Sequence record: DRR723986_1348
Strand: one strand, 5' to 3'
DNA length: 64,000 nucleotides
How positions within the stretch are numbered: position 1 is the stretch's first letter; every line of letters starts with the position of its first letter. A program made the position numbers and the translations under genes. The notes under the pieces were generated by a model. It was not told the origin of the DNA, did not search any database, and was given only the letters and a program-made list of their open reading frames with translations. Shown in pieces: positions 1 to 11,294 of this stretch.

Positions 1-1
1 A

Positions 2-1108
2 ATGAATACCCGCCTGCAGGTAGAACACCCCGTCACTGAAATGATCAGCGGCCAGGACTTAGTGGAGTGGCAGCTTCTGGTCGCCAGCGGCGAGCCACTG
101 CCCTGCCAGCAACAGGACCTGCAAATTCGCGGACACGCCTTTGAAGCCAGGCTCTACGCCGAAGACCCCGAGCAACAGTTCTTGCCGCAGACGGGACGCT
201 TGAACACCCTGCACTTTCCCACTGAAAACGCCCATACTCGCGTCGACTCAGGGGTCATCGCTGGTGATACCATCAGCATGTACTACGACCCCATGATCGC
301 CAAATTGGTCGTGTGGGATGAAGACCGCGAGCGTGCGCTCAAACGCTTACAACAGGCACTGTGTGAATGTCATATTGATGGCCTGACCACGAACAGAGAC
401 TTCCTGTATCAACTGGCCAGCCACACTGCCTTTGAAGCCGCTGACTTTGACACCGGCTTCATCGACAAACACTACGACGATATGCGCCGCGACGAGCAAC
501 AGCGTCAAGCGGAGCAACAGCCCCAGCTACACGCCCTAGCCGCTCTCCACTACCTGCTTTGCGAAAGCACTCAGTGCAGTAGCGACTCACCCTGGAAACA
601 GGACAGTTGGCGCTTGAACCTATCCCGCTCACGTGAACTCGCGTTAACGATCGACGGGCAGCGAGTCAATGTTGGCGTCAGCCACCTCAGTGATGGCTGG
701 GCCTTAACCATCGATGGCCAGCGCTTCCACGTGAACGGTAACCTCGATGGCAGCAGTGTGACGGTGGAAATCAATGGTTGTCGAAAACAGCTGCGCCGCA
801 GCACCAAAGACGATTGTCTGTTGTTCACCGAACGTGGCCAGGCATTGCGCTGTGAGCCCCATCGCTATCAAAGTGCCAGCGACGAGCAACATGGCGGGCT
901 GCTAGCGCCGATGAATGGGCGCATCGTCAGTCTGTTGGTAGAGCCCATGCAGTCAGTCCAACAGGGCGATGTACTGATGATTATGGAAGCCATGAAAATG
1001 GAACATAGCGTGACCGCGCCATCAGCCGGCCACGTTGCCAGCTTCCACTTCGGCGAAGGTGACCTGGTTGAGGGTGGCGCCAGCTTACTCAGTTTCGAGG
1101 AGGCCTAG
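2..1108 (+). CDS. liuD: 3-methylcrotonyl-CoA carboxylase alpha (biotin) subunit, 5'-truncated by window
   Basis: Biotin carboxylase motifs MNTRLQVEHPVTE and YYDPMIAKL; C-terminal biotinyl motif EAMKM; directly upstream of HMG-CoA lyase. Confidence 0.85.
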   Translation: MNTRLQVEHPVTEMISGQDLVEWQLLVASGEPLPCQQQDLQIRGHAFEARLYAEDPEQQFLPQTGRLNTLHFPTENAHTRVDSGVIAGDTISMYYDPMIAKLVVWDEDRERALKRLQQALCECHIDGLTTNRDFLYQLASHTAFEAADFDTGFIDKHYDDMRRDEQQRQAEQQPQLHALAALHYLLCESTQCSSDSPWKQDSWRLNLSRSRELALTIDGQRVNVGVSHLSDGWALTIDGQRFHVNGNLDGSSVTVEINGCRKQLRRSTKDDCLLFTERGQALRCEPHRYQSASDEQHGGLLAPMNGRIVSLLVEPMQSVQQGDVLMIMEAMKMEHSVTAPSAGHVASFHFGEGDLVEGGASLLSFEEA

Positions 1109-1110
1109 CC

Positions 1111-2010
1111 ATGCTCCCCAATAGCGTAAAGCTGGTGGAAGTCGGCCCCCGCGACGGCTTACAGAATGAAAAACACACCATCAGCGTTGCCGACAAAGTG
1201 GCTTTGATTCAGCGGCTTGCAAACGCTGGCGTCAAGCATATTGAAGCCGGTAGCTTCGTGAACCCCAAGTGGGTGCCGCAAATGGCCAACAGCGAAGCAG
1301 TGTTTGCCGCCCTTCCCGACGACGAGGTCTGTTACAGCGCATTGACGCCCAACCTGCAGGGACTCGACCGCGCGCTCGCCGCTGGGGCAAAAGAAGTGGC
1401 GGTATTTGCCGCTGCATCGGAGGGCTTCTCGCAAAAGAATATCAATTGCAGTATTGCCGACAGCCTCAAGCGCTTCGAAGCGGTAATGCAAAGAGCCAAC
1501 GACGCCAAAATACGCGTGCGCGGCTATGTATCCTGCGTGCTCGGCTGTCCTTATGACGGCAGCGTTTCACCACAGAAGGTCCTTGAGGTGAGCCGGGAAA
1601 TGCTGGCGATGGGCTGCTACGAAATATCGTTGGGCGACACCATTGGTGTGGGCACCCCCGCGTCGATGAACCGTTTACTCGACTGTTTGCTTGCCGAAAT
1701 ATCACCCGAGCAGCTCGCCGTGCATTGTCACGACACCTATGGTCAGGCGCTGGTCAACATCTACGCGGCAATGCTGCGCGGCATTGCGACCATCGATAGT
1801 TCGGTTGCCGGCTTAGGGGGCTGCCCCTACGCAAAAGGGGCGTCGGGCAATGTGGCAAGTGAGGATGTTGTGTACCTGCTCAGCGGCCTCGGCATTCACC
1901 ACGGCATTGACCTGTCTGCGCTTATCGATGCGGGTAACGCTATCTCGGCGACCTTGGGCCGCCCCAACCAATCCCGAACCGCACAAGCGCTGACGGAGCA
2001 GTCAGCGTAG
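1111..2010 (+). CDS. liuE: Hydroxymethylglutaryl-CoA lyase
   Basis: EVGPRDGLQNE, HCHDTYG and GLGGCPYA motifs; 2 bp after liuD. Confidence 0.93.
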   Translation: MLPNSVKLVEVGPRDGLQNEKHTISVADKVALIQRLANAGVKHIEAGSFVNPKWVPQMANSEAVFAALPDDEVCYSALTPNLQGLDRALAAGAKEVAVFAAASEGFSQKNINCSIADSLKRFEAVMQRANDAKIRVRGYVSCVLGCPYDGSVSPQKVLEVSREMLAMGCYEISLGDTIGVGTPASMNRLLDCLLAEISPEQLAVHCHDTYGQALVNIYAAMLRGIATIDSSVAGLGGCPYAKGASGNVASEDVVYLLSGLGIHHGIDLSALIDAGNAISATLGRPNQSRTAQALTEQSA

Positions 2011-2024
2011 CGGATCAGTAATTG

Positions 2025-2750
2025 TCAATGGTGATGGTGCTCCATTGACTGGCCAGCACCATCAGTCGCCCCCGAGTGACCACCGTGCGAACCAAACAGG
2101 GTCGACGCGGAAAAAACCGCCCACACGATCATGAATACCGCAACGGTATTTCGAAAGAAGCTGTTGCGCAGCCATGCCAGTGCACTGCGCTGCGCGGCAC
2201 TGACTGCCAACATCGCCGGAAGCGTGCCCAGGCCAAAGAAAAACATCAGTGCCGCCGCCTGCGACGCGCTGCCACTGGTACTGGCCCACGCTAGGCTGCT
2301 GTATATCAGCCCACAGGGCAAAAAGCCCCACAATACACCCAGCGCCAGCGCTTTGGGCAAACGATCAGCCGGCAATAGTTTCACGGTAAGCGGCTGGATA
2401 CGACGCCAAATTTTCGCGCCGCCGCGTTCAATAAGGCCACCACCCTGCCACCAGCCTGCCAGTGCGACGGCGACCATAATCAGTAGCACGCTCGCCAATA
2501 ATCGCAACGCCTTGCCAACGACCATAAACTCCGCGCCGAGCCACGCGGCAATACCGCCGCCGATCGCGCCAATAAGGGCGTAGCTGCTGATTCGACCAAA
2601 TTGAAAGCCCAACATTAAGATTGGCGATCGCCCTGCGCTGGACGCCGCGCTAAGCGCGCTGATGGCGCCGCACATTCCCAAGCAGTGCGGACTGCCCATC
2701 AAGCCGAGCATAAACGCCGCCGTGTAATTGATGTTACTGGGATCAATCAT
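2025..2750 (-). CDS. DsbD_2 / TauE-SafE-like membrane protein of the cbb3 assembly operon
   Basis: HCLGMCG and LPCGLIY motifs, multiple TM helices, His-rich C-terminus. ATG at 2750 overlaps the ccoS stop; the ORF-track extension to 2825 is unlikely. Confidence 0.85.
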   Translation of the reverse strand: MIDPSNINYTAAFMLGLMGSPHCLGMCGAISALSAASSAGRSPILMLGFQFGRISSYALIGAIGGGIAAWLGAEFMVVGKALRLLASVLLIMVAVALAGWWQGGGLIERGGAKIWRRIQPLTVKLLPADRLPKALALGVLWGFLPCGLIYSSLAWASTSGSASQAAALMFFFGLGTLPAMLAVSAAQRSALAWLRNSFFRNTVAVFMIVWAVFSASTLFGSHGGHSGATDGAGQSMEHHHH

Positions 2751-2916
2751 CGTTTTTGTCTGCGCGCTTCTTGCGGCGTTCGTCATCGTAGAGAATCCGC
2801 TGCGCCTCGCGGTCAAGATCGTCAAATTGACGATGATTCACAGCCCAAAAAAAGAGTGCGCAAATGGCGACGAAAAACACCAACGCGACCGGAAGTAGAA
2901 TATATAAACTAGACAC
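2743..2916 (-). CDS. ccoS: cbb3 oxidase maturation protein CcoS/FixS
   Basis: (M)SSLYILLPVAL...FFWAVNHRQFDDLD signature; GTG start at 2916 overlaps the ccoI stop. Confidence 0.9.
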   Translation of the reverse strand: MSSLYILLPVALVFFVAICALFFWAVNHRQFDDLDREAQRILYDDERRKKRADKNDD

Positions 2917-5347
2917 TGGCCAACTCCACATGCTGAGCATTCAGCGATCGCTGTTGTTCTTGCCTATCCAAACGCAGGGCATTTAACACCACGACCAGCG
3001 AGCTCAACGACATACCGATTGCCGCTAACCACGGCGGCACCAAGCCCGCTGCGGCTGCTGGCAAGGCCGTGCCGTTATACAGCAAGGCCCAGAATATATT
3101 TTGCCGAAGAATACGCCCCATCTTGGCGGATTTGGTAAACAACAACTCGATCAAGCTTAAGCGATCGCTCAGTAATGCCACATCTGCACAGGAGCGCGTC
3201 AGATCACTCGCCCCCGCCATCGCGACTGAGACATCGGCGGCGGCAATAACCGGCGCATCATTAACACCGTCACCGACCATAAGCACCGTGCCGCCCATTG
3301 CCTGCAGTGAGCTAATACGGGCCAGTTTATCGGCAGCCGTGCAGCCCGCTTGATACTCATCAAAGCCCAAAGCGTTGGCGAGAACGGCGACTTGATCAGA
3401 GCTGTCACCGCTTAACAACACACTGCGCACACCGCGCTGCTTTAAAAAGGCCAGCGCCTGCGCAGCGCCTTCACGCAGGGTGTCTTCAAGGAAAAAACGC
3501 GCCGCAAGTTTGCCGTTTTTAGCAAGGTACACCGTCATCAGCTCATCGCTGTCACCTTGCTCGGCAAGGCCGCAAAACTCACGTCGGCCAATTTTATAGC
3601 TGTCGCCATCAATAACGGCGCTAATTCCCTGCCCGGCCTGCAAATCGAGCTGACTGGGCGCCAGCGCTTTCAGTGCGTACCCCGCAGCACCGAGGGCATC
3701 GACTGAAAAAGCCTGCGCAATCGGGTGGCTGGATGGCGCTTCAAGTGCGGCGGCAATACTCAGTGCCTGGCATTCGTCTAACTCGCCGGCAAGCTCCACT
3801 TTCAACAGGCGAGGACGGCCCTCGGTAAGCGTGCCGGTTTTATCAAAAATAACATGGCTGATGCCTGCCAAATTCTCAAGCACCGCCGCATTGGCAACCA
3901 AGGCTCCGCGACGACGCAGGCCGCTGACCGCCGCAGAATAACTGCTGGGGGTTGCCAGCGACAACGCACAGGGGCAACTCACCACCAGCACCGCAAGCGC
4001 GGTGAGAAAAGCGCTGTGGCCAGGGTTGAAAGACCAATAGGTGTAGGCCGCCGCTGCGCAGAACAACACAAACAAGGTGAAGTAGCCACTGATCCGGTCG
4101 GCGAGCTCTGCTATAGGGGGTTTAGCAAGGCGCGCACTGTCGAGCAACTGATCAATTTGCGACAAGCGACTTTGCTCTGGGTGGCCCTGAAGGCGAAGAC
4201 ACAAGCTGCCATCAATATTGTGGCTACCCGCCAGTACGGTATCGCCGGGCACTTTACTGCGCGGCATAAACTCGCCGGTGAAGGCGCTATCCTCAACACT
4301 ACTCTGCCCGCTGACGACCACACCATCCACGGGCACCAGCTCACCGGGCTGCACCAGCAGCTCATCGCCATCCTGGAGTGCCGACAGCGCCACCCACTGG
4401 TTTGCACCGTCGGGCGCAACTCTCCTGGCGGTGAGGGGAAGTAATGGTCGAATTGAGGATTCGCGGCGCAACTGCACCGCATTTTGCAGGTAGCGGCTGA
4501 GCAGCAAGAAGAAACAAAACATGCTCACCGTATCGAAATAGACGTGACCTTCCCCGCTTACCGTCGCCCTTAGGCTGGCACCATAGGCGGCGAGCATCGC
4601 GATGGAAACCGGCACATCCATGCCCGCTCGGCCTGCCTTGATACCCCGCCACGCGCCGGAAAAAAACGGTTGTGCGGAATACAAAATCACTGGCGTGGCA
4701 ATCGCCAAACTAAACCAACGCAGCAATTGCCGGATATCGGTGTCGATGCCTTGAAAGTCGCCAGCGTAAAGTGCGATGGCAGTCATCATTAACTGCATCA
4801 TCGCCACACCAGCCAGACCAAGGCGCCTTAACAGGCTTTTCTGTCCTTCTTGCAGTTGCTGGAGATGGGCCTCAGCAGACCAGGGTTGAACGCCGTAGCC
4901 GAGCTGATGAACCGACGCAAAAATCTCGCTGAGCTGAACCTGGGCGGGACACCACTCTACTGTTGCCATGCCGCGCTGCAAATTGACACGAACTGCGTTG
5001 ACACCATCGATTGCACCGAGGCGGTTTTCGATTAACCAGGCGCAGGCCGCACAATGCATATCACTGACACTGAGCTGGCTCTGCCAACATTCGCCATCGG
5101 CGTGGGAGAACTGCTCGAATACGGCGGGAGAATCGTATTGCAGATAATCTTCAGCGCTGGCCGCAGGGCGGTTAGCTTGCTGGTCCCGCATGCGGTAGTA
5201 GTCGTCCAGACCCGCTCCCAATATGCACTCCGACACTGCGACGCAGGCCGGGCAGCACATCAACCGCTCTTGGCCATCGATAATTGAGCTGTAGCGGCCT
5301 TTCGCTGGCAACGGCTCACCGCAATGAAAGCAGCTTGTCTCAGCCAC
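2909..5347 (-). CDS. ccoI: P1B-type copper ATPase CcoI/FixI
   Basis: N-terminal CFHC and CCPAC, HMA motif MHCAAC, CPC, DKTGT and GDGVND; lies in ccoGHIS order. Confidence 0.93.
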   Translation of the reverse strand: MAETSCFHCGEPLPAKGRYSSIIDGQERLMCCPACVAVSECILGAGLDDYYRMRDQQANRPAASAEDYLQYDSPAVFEQFSHADGECWQSQLSVSDMHCAACAWLIENRLGAIDGVNAVRVNLQRGMATVEWCPAQVQLSEIFASVHQLGYGVQPWSAEAHLQQLQEGQKSLLRRLGLAGVAMMQLMMTAIALYAGDFQGIDTDIRQLLRWFSLAIATPVILYSAQPFFSGAWRGIKAGRAGMDVPVSIAMLAAYGASLRATVSGEGHVYFDTVSMFCFFLLLSRYLQNAVQLRRESSIRPLLPLTARRVAPDGANQWVALSALQDGDELLVQPGELVPVDGVVVSGQSSVEDSAFTGEFMPRSKVPGDTVLAGSHNIDGSLCLRLQGHPEQSRLSQIDQLLDSARLAKPPIAELADRISGYFTLFVLFCAAAAYTYWSFNPGHSAFLTALAVLVVSCPCALSLATPSSYSAAVSGLRRRGALVANAAVLENLAGISHVIFDKTGTLTEGRPRLLKVELAGELDECQALSIAAALEAPSSHPIAQAFSVDALGAAGYALKALAPSQLDLQAGQGISAVIDGDSYKIGRREFCGLAEQGDSDELMTVYLAKNGKLAARFFLEDTLREGAAQALAFLKQRGVRSVLLSGDSSDQVAVLANALGFDEYQAGCTAADKLARISSLQAMGGTVLMVGDGVNDAPVIAAADVSVAMAGASDLTRSCADVALLSDRLSLIELLFTKSAKMGRILRQNIFWALLYNGTALPAAAAGLVPPWLAAIGMSLSSLVVVLNALRLDRQEQQRSLNAQHVELASV

Positions 5348-5864
5348 CGATACGGCTCACCAATAGGGCTTCCCGCCGGCTATTCAGATCGACCTCTCCC
5401 TTTAAGCGCCAACTTTCCGCCTCGGGCAAACCGACACTCTGTAAGGTCAGATACCAACGTCCCTGCGGAAGCGTGTCGACATCAACGCGATAGCCGCCCT
5501 GAGACTCTCGAGACAACACCACACTGTGATCAAGCTCCTGGCTGGTCGGGTGTTGTAACAGCAACTGCACATGGTCTGGCCATGACACGGTATTGCCGGA
5601 GAGCTCGAGGAGAATACTGCCACCCGAAGCAAAATCGATCGCCGCCGAAATATTACTCTCCGCGGCGCGGCGATCCTGCGACAAGCGCTGGTTAATCGCC
5701 AAACCTTCTTTGTAGTAATCGTCGGCAACCAGGTTATCGGCGTGCTTCATCGAAATGGCGACGGTGGACAGCCCCGCCACCACGACAGCGCCTGGCAGTA
5801 CAATTAAGAACCACGGCCAAAACTGGCGATACCAAGGGGTGTTAGCGGCGGCATTCATAGGCAC
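5340..5864 (-). CDS. ccoH: CcoH/FixH family protein
   Basis: PWYRQFWPWFLI and DDYYKEGLAIN motifs; between ccoG and ccoI; start may be ATG 5858. Confidence 0.9.
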   Translation of the reverse strand: MPMNAAANTPWYRQFWPWFLIVLPGAVVVAGLSTVAISMKHADNLVADDYYKEGLAINQRLSQDRRAAESNISAAIDFASGGSILLELSGNTVSWPDHVQLLLQHPTSQELDHSVVLSRESQGGYRVDVDTLPQGRWYLTLQSVGLPEAESWRLKGEVDLNSRREALLVSRIGG

Positions 5865-5873
5865 AATTTAACC

Positions 5874-7328
5874 TTAACGCTGAGGAACCGGACCAAAGAA
5901 ACTGCTTTCAACTTCGGCAACACTGCTCTCCTTATCCATTTGCCGTACGCTGATCGTGATCGGCGAACGACTGGAAGGAAGGCTGTCTGCGCGAGCCTGC
6001 AGTCGCAATGGTAAATCTAAGAGTTCCCCGGATTGTAAACTGATTTCCTGCTTGTGGAAGTTTTCGAAGTTTATCTCACTCTCGACAACGACCTGATAGC
6101 GATGCTCCTGCTGTGTTTTATTCGCGATCTTTACGGTGTAGCTATTTTCAATCATGCCGTCCTGAACTTCGGTGAATAGCGCCTGACGGTCGCGCAGCAC
6201 GCTTAATTCAATCACATCGCGATCAGCAATATTATAGGCTAACAGCCCCACCATCAGCGTCATCGCTACCACATAACCCAGCAGGCGCGGACGCATGATA
6301 TGGGTCTTCTTGCCCTTTAAGCTATTTTCCGTTGCGTAGCGAATCAGCCCGGGCTCGTAACCCATTTTATCCATTACCGAGTTACAGGCATCCACACACA
6401 AGGCACAGCCAATACACTCGTATTGAAGGCCATCGCGAATATCGATCCCGGTGGGACAGACTTGCACACACAACTGGCAATCTATGCAATCACCCAGGCC
6501 AACGTCCTGGGATTGCGCTTCCCGTTTCCGTGAGCCACGGGGTTCACCGCGCTTACTGTCGTAACTGATAATTAGCGTATCGGGGTCGAACATCGCTGAT
6601 TGAAAGCGCGCGTAAGGACACATATACATGCACACTTGCTCACGCATCCAACCGGCATTGAGGTAGGTTGCGGCGGTAAAGAACGCGATCCAGAAGAAAG
6701 CCCAGCCATTCGCTGAGAGGTCAATAAAGTCGACGGCAAGCTCTCGAACGGGGGTAAAGTAGCCGACAAAGGTGAAGCCGGTTAAAAATGCAAAGCCCAG
6801 CCACATGGAGTGTTTGTACGCCTTCTTGCGCAGCTTTTCGAAGGACCAGGGTGCGGCGTCAAGCTTGATACGCTGGTTCCGCGTTCCCTCAGCCTTCTGC
6901 TCCATCCACATAAAGATACTGGTCCATACGGTCTGCGGGCAGCTGTAGCCGCACCACACTCGACCAGCGAGGTTGGTCACCGCGAAAAGACCAAAGGCAG
7001 CGATGATCAATACCCAGGCCAACATCGTCATGTCTTGTGGCCAAAAGGTGAGCCCGAGAACATGAAATTGCCGCGCGGGCAGGTCAAACAGGACCGACTG
7101 ACGGCCATCCCAATTCAACCACGGTAGAATGATATAACCCAACAACAGCGGCCAACCGGTGAATACGCGAATGCGCTGATAAAACCCTTCAATTGCGCGA
7201 GTGTATATTTTTTCTCGCTTTTGGTAGAGGTCGATTTCCCCAACTTCCGCCGGGACTACAATTTCTACCGCTAGGTTTTCTGGCTTTGTTTCACTACCGC
7301 CAGCCGGTTGCCGCTCCTGAGTGTTCAT
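5874..7328 (-). CDS. ccoG: CcoG/FixG polyferredoxin (cupric reductase)
   Basis: GRVWCGYSCPQ, CMYMCPY, CIDCQLCVQVCP and CIGCALCVDAC motifs. Confidence 0.95.
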   Translation of the reverse strand: MNTQERQPAGGSETKPENLAVEIVVPAEVGEIDLYQKREKIYTRAIEGFYQRIRVFTGWPLLLGYIILPWLNWDGRQSVLFDLPARQFHVLGLTFWPQDMTMLAWVLIIAAFGLFAVTNLAGRVWCGYSCPQTVWTSIFMWMEQKAEGTRNQRIKLDAAPWSFEKLRKKAYKHSMWLGFAFLTGFTFVGYFTPVRELAVDFIDLSANGWAFFWIAFFTAATYLNAGWMREQVCMYMCPYARFQSAMFDPDTLIISYDSKRGEPRGSRKREAQSQDVGLGDCIDCQLCVQVCPTGIDIRDGLQYECIGCALCVDACNSVMDKMGYEPGLIRYATENSLKGKKTHIMRPRLLGYVVAMTLMVGLLAYNIADRDVIELSVLRDRQALFTEVQDGMIENSYTVKIANKTQQEHRYQVVVESEINFENFHKQEISLQSGELLDLPLRLQARADSLPSSRSPITISVRQMDKESSVAEVESSFFGPVPQR

Positions 7329-7334
7329 AGCAGA

Positions 7335-8225
7335 TTATGGTTCCTCTTCTGCAAGCTGATAAACATAGGCACTGAGTAGGTGGATCTTCGCTGCGCTCAA
7401 ATTGTCAGCATGCGCAGGCATTTTTCCTGACCGGCCATTGGCGATACTGTGGATAATCTTGCCGGTGTCACCACCGTACAGCCAAATGTCGTCATTCAAC
7501 CGGGGGGCACCCATAGCAATATTGCCCTCGCCCGATGCACCGTGACAGCCTGCACACAGCATGGTGAACTTCTCGCGCGATTCGGCATGCTCCGCCGAAG
7601 CACTCGCCTGAGCATCGCGTAAGCTTTGCACGTAAGCCCCCATCGACTTGACACCCTCGGCGCCGAGTACCGACTGCCAACCAGGCATCATGCCACTGCG
7701 ACCATCGCGAATAGAGTGAGCAATTTGGTCCGGACTGCCTCCGTACAACCAGTCGTTGTCGGTCAAGTTCGGAAAGCCGTAGCTCCCTTTTGCATCATTG
7801 CCGTGGCAAATCGCACAGTTATTGGCGAACACCCGCTTGGCAATACGCATCGCTTTTGGGTCGGCAACCAAGGCCTCGGCATCTTTCTGCATAAACTCAG
7901 CGTAGAGCGCTTCGTTCTTTTGCTTTGCCGCATCCACATTGCCCTGCCACTGCGAAACCGACGTCCAATTCAACAGGCCGGGGAATTTACCCATGCCAGG
8001 GTAGGCCAACAGGTAGCCCGCACCGAACACCATGCTGAGCACAAACATCTTGATCCACCAAGATGGCATAGGATTATCGTATTCCTCGATACCATCGTAA
8101 ATGTGACCTGTTGTCGCACCGTCTTTATGCTGATTGATCTTGCGATTTGACAGCAGAAGCCATGCCAAAAGCACATAGGAGACTGCCGTTAGGACAATGA
8201 TCCAGCCACTCCAAAAATCACTCAT
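7335..8225 (-). CDS. ccoP: cbb3 cytochrome c oxidase subunit III
   Basis: DGIEEYDNPMPSWW motif; two CxxCH haem c sites (CAICH, CAGCH). Confidence 0.96.
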   Translation of the reverse strand: MSDFWSGWIIVLTAVSYVLLAWLLLSNRKINQHKDGATTGHIYDGIEEYDNPMPSWWIKMFVLSMVFGAGYLLAYPGMGKFPGLLNWTSVSQWQGNVDAAKQKNEALYAEFMQKDAEALVADPKAMRIAKRVFANNCAICHGNDAKGSYGFPNLTDNDWLYGGSPDQIAHSIRDGRSGMMPGWQSVLGAEGVKSMGAYVQSLRDAQASASAEHAESREKFTMLCAGCHGASGEGNIAMGAPRLNDDIWLYGGDTGKIIHSIANGRSGKMPAHADNLSAAKIHLLSAYVYQLAEEEP

Positions 8226-8388
8226 CTCGGCTCTCCTGCTTGGCTTTACTTTCGTCTACAAATGGCAGCTGAGCTGCTTCGTCATACATCGATTTACGGC
8301 TTCTTCTATACACGTTGAAACACACACCCATGAAAGCCAGGAACAGCAGCAACGTTGATAAAGCACGTAGATTGTCTTGATCAAACAT
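8218..8388 (-). CDS. ccoQ: cbb3 oxidase subunit CcoQ (56 aa, absent from ORF track)
   Basis: Manual translation MFDQDNLRALSTLLLFLAFMGVCFNVYRRSRKSMYDEAAQLPFVDESKAKQESRDE; one TM helix plus the DEAAQLPF motif; GAGGAGG SD; between ccoO and ccoP. Confidence 0.92.
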   Translation of the reverse strand: MFDQDNLRALSTLLLFLAFMGVCFNVYRRSRKSMYDEAAQLPFVDESKAKQESRDE

Positions 8389-8397
8389 ACATCCTCC

Positions 8398-9006
8398 TCA
8401 ACGCTTGTACTTGATTAGTGTTCCCAGCTGCTGCAAGTAGGCAACCATGGCGTCGATCTCTTTCTTACCTTCCACTTGGGAGGCCGCTGTGGCGATGTCA
8501 TTATCGGTGTAGGGCACACCCACTTTGCGCAGCGCTCGCATTTTCTTCCCAACTTCATCGCCATCGATCTCGTTCTTAAACAGCCAGGGATACGACGGCA
8601 TAATGGATTCGGGCACGACATCGCGGGGGTTATACAAGTGAGCACGGTGCCACTCGTCGCTATAACGTCCACCTAGACGCGCCAAATCGGGCCCTGTTCG
8701 CTTGGAGCCCCACAGGAAGGGGTGTTCGTAAACCGATTCACCGGCAACAGAGTAGTGTCCATAGCGCTCTGTTTCAGAGCGCATAGGGCGAACCATTTGC
8801 GAATGACATACGTGGCAGCCTTCACGGATATAGATATCTCGGCCGGTTAGCTGCATCGCGTTTAATGGTTTCAAGCCAGCAATCGGCTCTGTCGTTTGCT
8901 TTTGGAAGAAAAGCGGCACGATCTCCACCAAGGCTCCAAAACTAATGGCGACAATGATAAAAATAATCATCAAGCCGATATTTTTCTCGACGACGTCGTG
9001 ATTCAT
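8398..9006 (-). CDS. ccoO: cbb3 cytochrome c oxidase subunit II
   Basis: [17 protein letters not shown] and [10 protein letters not shown] motifs. Confidence 0.97.
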   Translation of the reverse strand: MNHDVVEKNIGLMIIFIIVAISFGALVEIVPLFFQKQTTEPIAGLKPLNAMQLTGRDIYIREGCHVCHSQMVRPMRSETERYGHYSVAGESVYEHPFLWGSKRTGPDLARLGGRYSDEWHRAHLYNPRDVVPESIMPSYPWLFKNEIDGDEVGKKMRALRKVGVPYTDNDIATAASQVEGKKEIDAMVAYLQQLGTLIKYKR

Positions 9007-10436
9007 GCTTCAGCCCCCGCAGTATTTGCCACCAGTTCCTTAGTTTCTTTGCTGGAAATGGTTTTCCAAACGTTCCAAGCCATCAACAACATGCCGATCA
9101 GGAACAGGAACCCACCAAACAGTCGCACTACGTAGCCTGGGTGGCTGGCGATAACCGATTCAGCAAAGCTGTAGGTCAGGCTGCCATCGGCGTTGTAGGC
9201 GCGCCACATCAGGCCCTGAACAATGCCGTTTACCCACATGGATGCGATGTAAAGCACGGTACCGATGGTGGATAGCCAAAAGTGTGTATTGATCATATTG
9301 ACGCTGTACATTTGCTTGCGATCAAAGAGCACGGGAATCAAGTGATAAACCATGCCGATGGAGATCATCGCCACCCAGCCCAATGCGCCCGAATGAACAT
9401 GACCAATCGTCCAGTCAGTGTAATGAGAAAGAGAGTTAACGGTTTTGATCGACATCATCGGACCTTCAAACGTCGACATACCGTAGAAAGAAAGCGACAC
9501 AATCAGGAAGCGCAGAATGGGGTCAGTGCGCAGTTTGTGCCAGGCACCACTGAGGGTCATCATACCGTTGATCATACCGCCCCATGAGGGTGCCAGTAGG
9601 ATCAGCGACATCACCATACCCAGGCTCTGTGCCCAGTCAGGCAGCGCGGTATAGTGAAGGTGATGAGGGCCAGCCCAGATGTATACAGAGACCAACGCCC
9701 AGAAGTGAACGATCGATAGCCGATATGAGTAGACCGGACGCCCAGCCTGCTTAGGAACGAAGTAGTACATCATTCCCAGGAAGCCTGCCGTCAGGAAGAA
9801 GCCCACAGCGTTGTGCCCATACCACCACTGGATCATGGCGTCGACAGCACCGGAGTAGGCCGAATAAGACTTGGACATGCTCACTGGAATCGCGGCGCTA
9901 TTGACGATGTGAAGCACCGCAATGGTCACGATAAACGCGCCGTAGAACCAGTTCGCCACATAAATATGCGACATCTTCCGACGCATGATCGTGCCGAAAA
10001 AGAGCACCGCATAGGCCACCCAAACTACGGCGATAAGCACATCTATCGGCCATTCAAGCTCGGCATACTCCTTAGCGGAGGTAAGCCCCATGGGAAGCGT
10101 AATCGCCGCCAGCAAGATGACCAGCTGCCACCCCCAGAAGACGAATGCCGCGAGGCGGTCCGACAGTAGCGCCGTTTGACAGGTGCGCTGCACCACAAAC
10201 AGCGAAGACCCCATCAGAGCACAGCCACCAAACGCAAATATAACCGCGTTAGTATGCAGGGGTCGCAATCGCCCAAAACTGAGCCAGGGCGTGTCGAAGT
10301 TGAGTTGCGGCCAAACCAATTGCGCTGCGATGAGAACGCCGACGGTCATTCCGACGATGCCCCATACCACAGTCATAATGGTGAATTGCCGCACCACTTT
10401 GTAGTTGTAAGTTGGATGTTCTTGCGAAGATGTCAT
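9003..10436 (-). CDS. ccoN: cbb3 cytochrome c oxidase subunit I
   Basis: [30 protein letters not shown] and [13 protein letters not shown] motifs. Confidence 0.98.
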   Translation of the reverse strand: MTSSQEHPTYNYKVVRQFTIMTVVWGIVGMTVGVLIAAQLVWPQLNFDTPWLSFGRLRPLHTNAVIFAFGGCALMGSSLFVVQRTCQTALLSDRLAAFVFWGWQLVILLAAITLPMGLTSAKEYAELEWPIDVLIAVVWVAYAVLFFGTIMRRKMSHIYVANWFYGAFIVTIAVLHIVNSAAIPVSMSKSYSAYSGAVDAMIQWWYGHNAVGFFLTAGFLGMMYYFVPKQAGRPVYSYRLSIVHFWALVSVYIWAGPHHLHYTALPDWAQSLGMVMSLILLAPSWGGMINGMMTLSGAWHKLRTDPILRFLIVSLSFYGMSTFEGPMMSIKTVNSLSHYTDWTIGHVHSGALGWVAMISIGMVYHLIPVLFDRKQMYSVNMINTHFWLSTIGTVLYIASMWVNGIVQGLMWRAYNADGSLTYSFAESVIASHPGYVVRLFGGFLFLIGMLLMAWNVWKTISSKETKELVANTAGAEA

Positions 10437-10541
10437 GACAGTTCACGAACCTCAGGTGGACTATGCGCGAACCGGCAACAAGCGCCGTTCGGGCAGACAT
10501 GATGGAGGTGGGTATTGTCCCAGCAGGTGGGGGCCGCAATG

Positions 10542-10555
10542 CTGACCCAGATCAA
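10542..10555 (-). promoter_or_regulatory. FNR/ANR box upstream of ccoN
   Basis: Minus strand TTGAT-CTGG-GTCAG versus consensus TTGAT-N4-ATCAA. Confidence 0.75.
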
Positions 10556-10624
10556 CAGAAAGCTAAACAGGCCTGCGACACTATGCCGCAGAAAATTCAC
10601 CTTCCTACCGACTCATTTATGCCG

Positions 10625-11233
10625 CTAATCAGTGAACACCGGTGTCATTCCCATATCCCAGAGAATAACCACCGCGCCCATTAGCGCCATAAATATCACC
10701 ATACAGATTGCGACTACCGCCGAGGCGTACAAAAAGCCGCGCTCTTCAGGAATTCCCATCGCCAGCGGAATACCTAAATACAGCAGGTATACAGACCAAC
10801 CCAAGGCCAGAATACCCAAGGTCAGATCAAACCAGAAAAGAGGAAAGAAACCGCAAAGCCCCGCAATGAACAGCGGAGTTGCTGTGTATCCAGACAAGAC
10901 GATGCCCTTGAGCACCGACGAGGAAGCGCCATAGGTCTCGGACATCCAGTGAACGAAATATCCGATCACCGCCAACGAGCCCAACATCGCAAAATAGAAG
11001 GCAATGACAATCTGCAGAGCACTCGCCTGCGTCAGGCGCACCACCTCGCCATCGCCCACCGTCCAACCCACTTGGCTGGCACCGTAGTACCACGCAACGC
11101 ATGGCCCGATGGCAAGAATGATGGGGTACAGCAGCTTGGCAGCCAAACCCTCATCGCCGGCATCGGCAACCATTCGCCACTGCTTACGGGGACTGAACAA
11201 AAAACCTAGGGGATTGCTAATTATTGCACTCAC
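10625..11233 (-). CDS. Yip1 / DUF1282 (YohC-like) membrane protein
   Basis: About five TM helices; GYTATPLF and YLLYLGIP...IPEERG motifs. Confidence 0.85.
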   Translation of the reverse strand: MSAIISNPLGFLFSPRKQWRMVADAGDEGLAAKLLYPIILAIGPCVAWYYGASQVGWTVGDGEVVRLTQASALQIVIAFYFAMLGSLAVIGYFVHWMSETYGASSSVLKGIVLSGYTATPLFIAGLCGFFPLFWFDLTLGILALGWSVYLLYLGIPLAMGIPEERGFLYASAVVAICMVIFMALMGAVVILWDMGMTPVFTD

Positions 11234-11294
11234 GGCCTACTCACTCTTTCCGGGGAGATTTATTGAAAGTTTACCGCCCAACGGGCGGCTCCGG